Source: Patescibacteria group bacterium (GTDB taxonomy: Bacteria; Patescibacteriota; Doudnabacteria; UBA920; VMFF01). Taken from it: a stretch of 64,000 bases of DNA. How positions within the stretch are numbered: position 1 is the first letter of the stretch; the number at the start of each line of letters is the position of its first letter. Under the pieces are notes generated by a model that searched no databases, was not told the origin of the DNA, and saw only the letters and a program-made list of their open reading frames with translations. The stretch lies in contig JBBTQQ010000001.1 of the NCBI GenBank assembly GCA_038065615.1, positions 76,207 to 140,206 of the forward strand, given 5' to 3'. Positions 40,099 through 47,583 of the stretch are shown here, one piece after another. The position numbers were made by a program, and so were the translations under genes.

Positions 40099-41429
40099 TA
40101 ATCTTCAAGTTTATCTTTAAAGTATTTTTCTAAATCATCAATTAAAACTCTTTCTTGAGTCATGGTATCACGATCTCTAACAGTTACTTTTTTGTCTTCT
40201 AAAGAATCAAAGTCATATGTCACGCAATATGGAGTTCCAATTTCATCCTGTCTTCTGTATCTCTTTCCAATTGAACCAGTTTCGTCATATTGAACATACC
40301 AATATTTTCTAAGCTTGTTTGCGAGCTCTTTTGCAGGGATTGAAACCTCATCTTTTTTAGAGAGTGGTAAAACAGCGACTTTTACAGGAGCAATCTTCTT
40401 GTCTAACTTTAAAACAATCTCGCTTTCTTTAATGGCTTCTGTTGTTGTAGAACGTCCACCCTCAATCTCAGTGTATGCAGAAAGTAAAACAGCGAGTAAG
40501 GTTCGATCTACTCCAAATGTTGGTTCAATGACATGTGGCAAAAACTTTTCTCCTGTTTCTGGATCTCTGTACTCAAGATCTTTTTTAGAAGCATTCTGAT
40601 GCTGTGATAAATCATAGTCAGCACGATACGCAATACCATAGAGTTCTTTTTGTCCGAATGGATAATCAAACTCAACATCAACGGTACGTTTAGAGTAATG
40701 AGCGCGATCACTATCGCCAATATCTACATAATGCAACTTTGTTGAATCAACACCAATATCTGAAAGCCAAGTTTTCATTTGTTTCAACCAATACTCAAAA
40801 TACTTCTCCCAGTCCTTTTCATGAATGAAATATTCAATTTCCATTTGTTCAAATTCACGAGTTCTAAAGATATAGTTCCCTGGAGTTATTTCATTTCTAA
40901 AAGCTTTACCGACCTGAGCAATACCAAAAGGAATTCTTTGTCTTGAAGTTTCAACGACTTGTGGGAAATCAACAAACATTGCTTGCGCTGTTTCTGGCCT
41001 AAAGTAAACAATGTTAGCCTCTTCTTCTGCAGGACCCATGAATGTCTTAAACATCAGATTAAATTCTTTTGCTGCAGTAAACTCAGTTCCTTTACAGTTA
41101 GGGCATTTCTCCTGATCAAAAGTGTCTGCTCTAAAACGAGTGTGACATTTCTTGCATTCTATTAAAGGATCAGAAAAATTAGAAATGTGTCCGCTTGCTT
41201 GCCATACTTTTGGGTTCATCATCAGTGCCGCGTCTATACCAACCATATCGTCTCGTTGTTGAACGAATTTTTTCCACCACAGCTTCTTTATATTGTTCTT
41301 TAACTCAACTCCTAAAGGACCATAATCCCATGAGTTCGCTAAACCACCATAAATCTCGCTACCAGGGAAAATGAATCCACGGCGTTTACAAAGACTTACT
41401 AATTTTTCCATCATGTTGTTGTCGCTCAT
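40098..41429 (-). CDS. glyQS: Glycine--tRNA ligase (homodimeric type)
   Basis: RPETAQ, FRNEITP, REFEQMEIE, IGKRYRRQDEIGTP. Confidence 0.95.
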   Translation of the reverse strand: MSDNNMMEKLVSLCKRRGFIFPGSEIYGGLANSWDYGPLGVELKNNIKKLWWKKFVQQRDDMVGIDAALMMNPKVWQASGHISNFSDPLIECKKCHTRFRADTFDQEKCPNCKGTEFTAAKEFNLMFKTFMGPAEEEANIVYFRPETAQAMFVDFPQVVETSRQRIPFGIAQVGKAFRNEITPGNYIFRTREFEQMEIEYFIHEKDWEKYFEYWLKQMKTWLSDIGVDSTKLHYVDIGDSDRAHYSKRTVDVEFDYPFGQKELYGIAYRADYDLSQHQNASKKDLEYRDPETGEKFLPHVIEPTFGVDRTLLAVLLSAYTEIEGGRSTTTEAIKESEIVLKLDKKIAPVKVAVLPLSKKDEVSIPAKELANKLRKYWYVQYDETGSIGKRYRRQDEIGTPYCVTYDFDSLEDKKVTVRDRDTMTQERVLIDDLEKYFKDKLED

Positions 41430-41473
41430 ATATATATGAAAGTATATCAAACATTAACCGACTCATCTAGAAA

Positions 41474-42631
41474 CTACTCTTTAATTTCTTTAAAACCCTC
41501 TGCAAATTCGGTAAAATACTCATTTTCCAGTGCGTTTCGTATTTTTTTCATTAAGTTCAAGTAAAACTTGATATTATGCATTGTTGCCAAACGAATTGAA
41601 AGTGGCTCAACCGCAGCAAAAAGATGACGAATATATGCCCTGGTATGACTTAAACATCCATAACAATCACATTCATTGTCTACAGGGGTAAAGTCTTCAG
41701 TAAACTCTGCTTTGCGAATATCGATGGTTTTGTAAGCTTCTCGTCCTTGCTGATCTCTTGCTGAAATGTATAGTCTGGCATGACGCGCTTCTCTGGTTGG
41801 AATGACACAATCAAAAGAATCGCATCCTCTTAAAACAGCTTGAACAATATCATATGGAGTTCCAACACCTAACAGATGTCTTGGCTTATCTTCCTCAAGA
41901 TATGGAATTGTCATATCAACTGCTTTTAACATTTCCGCAGTTGGTTCTCCAACAGCAACTCCACCAATTGCATACCCAGGAAAATCTAAAGCACGAATTT
42001 CTTTAGCACTTCTTTCTCTTAAATCAGAAAAAGATGCGCCCTGAACTATGCCCCAAAGTTTTTGCCCAGGATTAACTGAACTTCCTGTTTCAGTTAATCT
42101 CTCAAATTCTTTTTTAGCACGTTCTGCCCATCGTGTTGTTTGTTCAATCGCTTGTTTTGTTCTTTCATACTCAAAAGGAAAGCCTGGAAAATCATCAAGA
42201 ATCAAAGCAACATCGCTTCCTAGATTAGATTGTATCTGAATTGATTTTTCTGGAGAAAGAATTGCAGACTTTCCATCCATATCAAAACGAAAAAGCACAC
42301 CAGCTTCCATAACCTGGCGCATTTTAGCAAGAGAAAAAACCTGATACCCACCGCTGTCAGTAAAAATTGCGTTTTTCCAATTCATAAACTTGTGAAGACC
42401 GCCAGCTTTGTAAATTAAAGCATCACCCGGTCTTTGCCAGAGGTGATATGTATTTGCAAGAATCATGTCCGCGCCCCAAAACTTCAGTTCTTCAGAAGTA
42501 ATGCTTTTAACAGTGCCTTTTGTTCCGATCGGATTAAAGTAAGGGGTTAAAACATCACCATGCGCAGTATGAATTACTCCTAATCTTGCTTTTGAATTTG
42601 AATCTTTTTTTAAAATCTCGAAATATTCCAT
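41474..42631 (-). CDS. tgt: tRNA-guanine transglycosylase
   Basis: ANTYHL, TDSGGYQ, IVQG, HLLGVG, FDCVIPTR, CDCYGC. Confidence 0.95.
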   Translation of the reverse strand: MEYFEILKKDSNSKARLGVIHTAHGDVLTPYFNPIGTKGTVKSITSEELKFWGADMILANTYHLWQRPGDALIYKAGGLHKFMNWKNAIFTDSGGYQVFSLAKMRQVMEAGVLFRFDMDGKSAILSPEKSIQIQSNLGSDVALILDDFPGFPFEYERTKQAIEQTTRWAERAKKEFERLTETGSSVNPGQKLWGIVQGASFSDLRERSAKEIRALDFPGYAIGGVAVGEPTAEMLKAVDMTIPYLEEDKPRHLLGVGTPYDIVQAVLRGCDSFDCVIPTREARHARLYISARDQQGREAYKTIDIRKAEFTEDFTPVDNECDCYGCLSHTRAYIRHLFAAVEPLSIRLATMHNIKFYLNLMKKIRNALENEYFTEFAEGFKEIKE

Positions 42632-42677
42632 AGATTTAATCTATATTTAATTTCAATGTGTTAATGTCTTTTTTTAT

Positions 42678-42750
42678 GGGTCCGTGACTATGGTAGTCGG
42701 CATATCTTATCAACTATGCTAAGCCGGTTCGATTCCGGTCGGGTCCACCA
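42678..42750 (+). ncRNA. tRNA-like RNA copy 2 (Ala identity, enlarged anticodon loop)
   Basis: GGGUCCG/CGGGUCC with G3:U70, A73-CCA; D hairpin GACUA-UGG-UAGUC; GCAUA-(10 nt)-UAUGC; T-arm GCCGG-UUCGAUU-CCGGU; 73 nt. Confidence 0.7.
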
Positions 42751-42751
42751 A

Positions 42752-42780
42752 TTGATAATCTTAAAAAAGTAGTGTATGCT
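42752..42780 (+). promoter_or_regulatory. sigma70 promoter directly after tRNA-like copy 2
   Basis: TTGATA-17 nt-TATGCT. Confidence 0.6.
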
Positions 42781-42786
42781 TTAGTC

Positions 42787-42847
42787 AGTTGGTAAGATAT
42801 GCACCGGTGAAAACCGAAAATTAAAGCCCCGATTCCTCGGGGCTTTA
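42787..42847 (+). ncRNA. Predicted small RNA complementary to tRNA-like copy 2, ending in terminator hairpin
   Basis: 42787-42802 pairs with 42700-42715 (15 WC + 1 G:U); taaagccccga/tcggggcttta hairpin. Confidence 0.55.
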
Positions 42848-42848
42848 T

Positions 42849-45134
42849 CTATTTCTTAAAAAATCCTCTGAATCCTCTGCCTCCCCGATCGTTATTACCA
42901 TGTTCGTTTCTGAAGTCTCTTCTTGGACCCCTGTCCTCACTAGGACCAACTCCTTGTCCTGGTTCTGCGGGTTTTGCGTATGGTTTGTGTGTTAAATTAA
43001 TTCTTCCCTGATCATCAATTTCTTTAACCATAACTTTCAAAGCATCACCAACTTTAACAACATCTTCAACTCTACCAACACGGTAGTTTGCAAGTTCTGA
43101 AATATGAACCAATCCTTCTTGTCCTGGAATTAATTCAACGAATGCACCAAAATTCATTAATCTAGTAACTTTACCATCAAATTCTTCACCGGCTTTAATT
43201 TCCCTGACAATGTTTTTGATGATACCAACAGCTTTTTCAGAAGCAGCTGCATCAGTTGAAGTAACCATCACCAAACCACTGTCTTCAATATCAATCTTGA
43301 CTCCAGTGTCTGCGATAATTCCATTTATGACTTTACCACCAGATCCAATCACTTCTCTGATCTTGTCAGGGCTGATCATAAAGGAGACAATTCTTGGAGC
43401 ATAAGGGGAAAGGTCTGCTCTTGGTCCTTGAATTGCTTCTTTCATTTTACCCAAGATGTGCAAGCGTCCCGGTTTTGCTTGTTGCAATGCCTGAGCAAGA
43501 ATTTCTTTAGTAATTCCTTTAACTTTAACATCCATTTGCATTGCGGTAATTCCATTTTCATTACCTGTAACTTTAAAATCCATGTGACCGTTAAAATCTT
43601 CAATCCCAGCAATATCTGTTAAGACTTTAAACTTTCCTGTTTCTTCATCTAAAACTAATCCCATGGCAACTCCACCGATCATTTCTTTGATCTTTACACC
43701 AGCATCTAACAATGCAAGGGTTGAACCGCAAGTTGAAGCCATGGATGTTGAACCATTGGACATGATTGCTTCAGAAACCAAACGCATTGTGTACGGAAAC
43801 TCATCCTGTGAAGGAATCATTGGTTCTAAAGCACGCTCTGCTAAAGCGCCATGACCAATTTCTCTTCTGCCTGGGCCTCTTAACGGAGCAACTTCACCAA
43901 CAGAATATCCTGGCATATTGTAGTGGTGGATGTATCTTTTTGCTGTTCCTTCTCCTGGATCTTCCATACCATCAAGCAATTGTTCATCACCCTTTGAACC
44001 AAGAGTCACTGTTGTCAAAACTTGAGTCTCTCCTCTAGTAAACAAGGCTGACCCGTGGGTACGAGGTAAAACTCCGACTTCACAGGTGACAGATCTGGTT
44101 TCATCTAACTTTCTTCCATCAACACGGCGTTCTTTTTCCAAGATGTTTTTCTGCATGTATTTCTTCATGATCTTGTCTAAAGATGCCAAGACTTCTTTTT
44201 TAATCTGGCTTTGATCCAAGCGTCCTAAAGCAGATTCAATTCCAGGAGCAATCTCTGTTTTGGTTGTGATATGAGCTTTAGTGATGGTTTCAACAGTGAC
44301 GTCCATCAAAGCATTCATCTTTGATTCTCTCTCTTCCTTGTTAACCACATAAATTGCGGCTTCAAGCTTGTCTTCGGTTGCAAATGCTTTAACCTGCTCA
44401 TAAATATCTTTGTTTAACTCAATAACTTCTACAACGGCTTTTGTTTTTCCAGCCATTTCTTTAAACTGATTCTGAACCTTGCAGATTTCAGCTAAGTACT
44501 TTTGAGCAAACTCAATTCCTGCAACAATGTCTTCTTCTGAAACAAGCATTGCGCCTGCTTCAACCATTAAGACATGCTTTTCATTTCCGGAAACAATTAA
44601 ATCCATCTGAGATTTCTTCAATATTTCTCTGCTTGGGTTTAAGACCATTTGTCCGTCTACTTTACCAACTCTAACAACACCAATTGGACCGTCAAAAGGA
44701 ATATCTGAAATTGTTAAAGCAGCAGAAGCGGCATTTGCAGAAAGCATGTCTGCTTCATGAACACCATCAATTGAAAGAACGGTTACAACAACCTGAACAT
44801 CATTACGCATGCCATCAGGAAATAACGGTCTGATTGATCGATCAATGACTCTTCCTGTTAAGATTGCTTCATCTGTTGCCCTACCTTCTCTTTTGACCCA
44901 GCGACTTCCTTTTATTTTTCCTGCGGCATAAAGGCGTTCCTCGTAATCAACGAGTAACGGAAAGTAATCCATACCTTCTCTTTTACGACCCATGACAGCT
45001 GTTGCTAAAACAACAGTATCACCCTGCCTGGCTAAAACTGCAGCATTTGCCTGCATTGCCATTTTACCGGTTTCAAATGTTATATCCGCTTGAGACGGAT
45101 CATTGAAACCTATCGAAACTCTTTTAACGTCCAT
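42849..45134 (-). CDS. pnp: Polyribonucleotide nucleotidyltransferase
   Basis: RSIRPLFP, RREIGHG, SNGSTSMAS, MDFKVTG, KH and S1 domains. Confidence 0.98.
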   Translation of the reverse strand: MDVKRVSIGFNDPSQADITFETGKMAMQANAAVLARQGDTVVLATAVMGRKREGMDYFPLLVDYEERLYAAGKIKGSRWVKREGRATDEAILTGRVIDRSIRPLFPDGMRNDVQVVVTVLSIDGVHEADMLSANAASAALTISDIPFDGPIGVVRVGKVDGQMVLNPSREILKKSQMDLIVSGNEKHVLMVEAGAMLVSEEDIVAGIEFAQKYLAEICKVQNQFKEMAGKTKAVVEVIELNKDIYEQVKAFATEDKLEAAIYVVNKEERESKMNALMDVTVETITKAHITTKTEIAPGIESALGRLDQSQIKKEVLASLDKIMKKYMQKNILEKERRVDGRKLDETRSVTCEVGVLPRTHGSALFTRGETQVLTTVTLGSKGDEQLLDGMEDPGEGTAKRYIHHYNMPGYSVGEVAPLRGPGRREIGHGALAERALEPMIPSQDEFPYTMRLVSEAIMSNGSTSMASTCGSTLALLDAGVKIKEMIGGVAMGLVLDEETGKFKVLTDIAGIEDFNGHMDFKVTGNENGITAMQMDVKVKGITKEILAQALQQAKPGRLHILGKMKEAIQGPRADLSPYAPRIVSFMISPDKIREVIGSGGKVINGIIADTGVKIDIEDSGLVMVTSTDAAASEKAVGIIKNIVREIKAGEEFDGKVTRLMNFGAFVELIPGQEGLVHISELANYRVGRVEDVVKVGDALKVMVKEIDDQGRINLTHKPYAKPAEPGQGVGPSEDRGPRRDFRNEHGNNDRGGRGFRGFFKK

Positions 45135-45237
45135 ATTTTCTCTCTCCAGACGTCATTTGCAATCATGTCCGACCTAAAAGGGCTTAAGCCGGACGTGGCT
45201 GCCAACAACGTCCGTTAATTATTTATATATTTTAGAA

Positions 45238-45263
45238 AGTCCCGCAAATTAGTTTGCGGGACT
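45238..45263 (-). terminator. Hairpin after rpsO
   Basis: agtcccgcaaa/tttgcgggact. Confidence 0.7.
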
Positions 45264-45269
45264 CCCAAA

Positions 45270-45536
45270 TTATTTCTTCAACTTCAATTTATCAACCAAC
45301 TTGTCGTATCTCTTCTGATCTTCTGCTTTTAAGTAACGCAATAGTCTTCTGCGGTTTCCTACCATTTGCAACAACCCTCTTCTGGAGTGGTTGTCTTTTC
45401 TGTGCACTTTGAGGTGCTCAGAAACTTGATCTATCTCTTTGGTAAGAATCGCGATTTGAACCTCAGGAGAACCAGTATCATCTTTGTGAGTCTGGAACTT
45501 CTTGATGAGCGCGTCCTTTTCCTTTTTGGATAACAT
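45270..45536 (-). CDS. rpsO: 30S ribosomal protein S15
   Basis: [24 protein letters not shown]; start moved to MLSKK. Confidence 0.97.
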   Translation of the reverse strand: MLSKKEKDALIKKFQTHKDDTGSPEVQIAILTKEIDQVSEHLKVHRKDNHSRRGLLQMVGNRRRLLRYLKAEDQKRYDKLVDKLKLKK

Positions 45537-45638
45537 GGGACCTTTCACAATATGCCTTGATACCAAGGCCTGTCTACACGAATATTTGAGTTCTTTTTAA
45601 AAGAACTAAAGTATCGTGGAATTAATATTTCTAATGCC

Positions 45639-45667
45639 ATTCTACCAGTTTATGGGCTTTTAATCAA
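45639..45667 (-). promoter_or_regulatory. sigma70 promoter of rpsO
   Basis: TTGATT-17 nt-TAGAAT. Confidence 0.65.
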
Positions 45668-45697
45668 GTAAACGTAAAGAAAAAATTTGAGCCAAAA

Positions 45698-46705
45698 TTA
45701 CTGTATTAAATGGTTAAGCCAAAAATTATTTAACAGCTTTTCTTTTATCTTTTGAGTATTCCCGTGTTTCAACAAACCCAGATAGGATTCTAAAGCTTCT
45801 ATTTTTGGTACATCTATTATTCTCTTAAGCATTCGCCTCTTAGTGGTATTGCGTAGCGTCTTATACTTCGGAAAGTGCACCCAACCAAGAAAATCTACTC
45901 CAGATGCGAAAGACTTAATATATATTTTGTTTGGATGCAGTGACAACTTCAGCTTCTCGGTCAGAAACTCCTGCACCCTCGGTATCTGCTGCTCCAGCCA
46001 CCGTTTATCTTCCGACAAGAAAACAAAATCATCCGCATACCTAATATAGTTCTTAGCTTTCAACTTGTGTTTGACAAACTGATCAAGTTCGTTCAAATAT
46101 ACATTGCAGAATAGCTGCGAGGTTAAATTGCCTAGTGGTAATCCCCTACCCTGTGTATAAATTGAAAAGCTATCAATAACGTTCCGCAATAACCATAAAA
46201 CTTCCGAATCTGGAATATTGCGCTGCAAAATCTCTATTAAGACTTTGTGGTCAATGCTTGCAAAAAACTTCTTAATATCGCACTTCAGCACCCAACAGCT
46301 CTGGGTATTATTTTTACTGACCCGGTTAGCCATCGTCTGAAACCTGTCCATAGCCTTATGTGTCCCTTTGGCGATCCGACAAGAAAAGGAGTCAGCAATG
46401 AATAGGTCGTCGTACGCTGGGTAGAACAAACGATAGATCGCATGGTGCAACACCCTATCCCGAACCGAAGCCTTATGAATCTGTCTCGGCTTAGGATCAG
46501 AAATTGCAAAATTATAATAGTTGCCGTGCTTATATGACCGGTTGGCAAGGTCTTCGTGAAGCTGTATTATATTATCAATCAAATGTAGCCTAAAGTCTTG
46601 AACGTCATGCTTTTGAGATTTACCCAAAGCAAACTCGCGCCACGCAGCAAGCAGGTTTTCTATACTAATAACATCTGAATAACTATGAACGAATTGCCTT
46701 TGCAT
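45698..46705 (-). CDS. DGR reverse transcriptase
   Basis: PKPRQI, RDRVLHHA, KCDIKKFFASI, GLPLGNLTSQLF, YIRYADDF, DFLG; probable start MQRQF (46705). Confidence 0.95.
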   Translation of the reverse strand: MQRQFVHSYSDVISIENLLAAWREFALGKSQKHDVQDFRLHLIDNIIQLHEDLANRSYKHGNYYNFAISDPKPRQIHKASVRDRVLHHAIYRLFYPAYDDLFIADSFSCRIAKGTHKAMDRFQTMANRVSKNNTQSCWVLKCDIKKFFASIDHKVLIEILQRNIPDSEVLWLLRNVIDSFSIYTQGRGLPLGNLTSQLFCNVYLNELDQFVKHKLKAKNYIRYADDFVFLSEDKRWLEQQIPRVQEFLTEKLKLSLHPNKIYIKSFASGVDFLGWVHFPKYKTLRNTTKRRMLKRIIDVPKIEALESYLGLLKHGNTQKIKEKLLNNFWLNHLIQ

Positions 46706-47094
46706 AAAAATTCTACTAAAACGACCCCCCCCCAACGGCTTCGGACTTACCAATCTTACAAAAAATTACAGCAGCCTACAAACTTTGGCATGGACTGCTG
46801 CCACAAATTCCAAGACTTGCCCGTTACTCCTTGGGTGAAAAAATAAACTTACTTTTCATCGAACTAATTGAACTGACTTTAATTGCAACATATTCTACCA
46901 AAGATCGTAAAGGCGAAATCGTACAAAGAGCATCAGTTAAACTGGATATGCTCAAATACTTTCTGCAAATAGCTTGGGAATTAAAAGCAATTGATAATAA
47001 AAAGTACGCCTTGCTTAGTGAACCGCTTTCAGAAGCTGGACGGATGATGGGCGGCTGGAGAAAACAGCTGCAAAAAGAAACTCCGCCTAGTTAG
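46685..47094 (+). CDS. avd: Avd-like four-helix-bundle accessory protein, frameshifted at C9 run 46725-46733
   Basis: DLPILQKITAAYKLW...PRLARYSLGEKI...LDMLKYFLQIA...EAGRMMGGWRK; the nearest upstream ATG (46685) joins this frame only if the run is C10 or C7. Confidence 0.8.
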
Positions 47095-47100
47095 GCGGAG
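47081..47100 (-). terminator. Hairpin 3' of TR, followed by a U-rich run on the TR strand
   Basis: ctccgccta-gt-taggcggag perfect 9-bp arms; TTTCTTTTT follows on the minus strand. Confidence 0.55.
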
Positions 47101-47111
47101 CATGAAGAAAG

Positions 47112-47245
47112 TTGCGAACGGCGGCGAAACGGCAGTTGTCATTCCACCTGTTCTCGAAGTTGTTGAGGTTAAGCTTGCGCTTGTCGTCCCAATTGTCGAG
47201 ATACGGCACGTTGCGGTTGCCATCAGCGTTCGTCCAGATCGAGCC
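47112..47245 (-). ncRNA. DGR template repeat (TR)
   Basis: 134 bp, rich in AAY codons, ungapped match to VR. Confidence 0.95.
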
Positions 47246-47495
47246 TTCATGTGCAATATATCATCTAATCCACCACCTCTTGAATATACTCTTGAGGTTG
47301 TATTTTATTCGGGAACTTTAAATCCGCTAATATACCACACCAAGTATCTTCATTTGAAGAATTATCAGAAACACTTCTACTGCAAACCTTAGTCAGCAGC
47401 ACTCTGGTTATCTAATAATGCGAGACAGATTATCCGAAGCCTTAACCGCAGATATGATCTATCAAAAATAGTTTAACAGGAATATATAAAAAAGC

Positions 47496-47525
47496 GAACC
47501 CGTTCCAGCAAGCTGAAACGGGTTC
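47496..47525 (-). terminator. Hairpin downstream of the target gene (terminator and/or DGR cis hairpin)
   Basis: gaacccgttccagc/gctgaaacgggttc, then T-run on the minus strand. Confidence 0.65.
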
Positions 47526-47583
47526 ACGATTCGGACGCAGAGTCCAAGAATCAGACGAAGGACCAAAGCACCAAGCAGCCGAG

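Noticed and set aside
234-44038. Numerous plus-strand ORFs overlapping minus-strand housekeeping genes
   Set aside because: Shadow ORFs antisense to well-supported genes, with no recognisable motifs.
45698-46753. RT as a group II intron maturase or retron
   Set aside because: The TR/VR pair, Avd-like gene and GNLTSQ motif indicate a DGR; I saw no intron domain V or msr/msd arrangement.
47102-47392. 96-aa plus-strand ORF after avd, and other ORFs over TR/VR
   Set aside because: Antisense or alternative frames of TR/VR; AAY-rich TR gives stop-free Val/Ile codons on the other strand. Translation is not strictly excluded.
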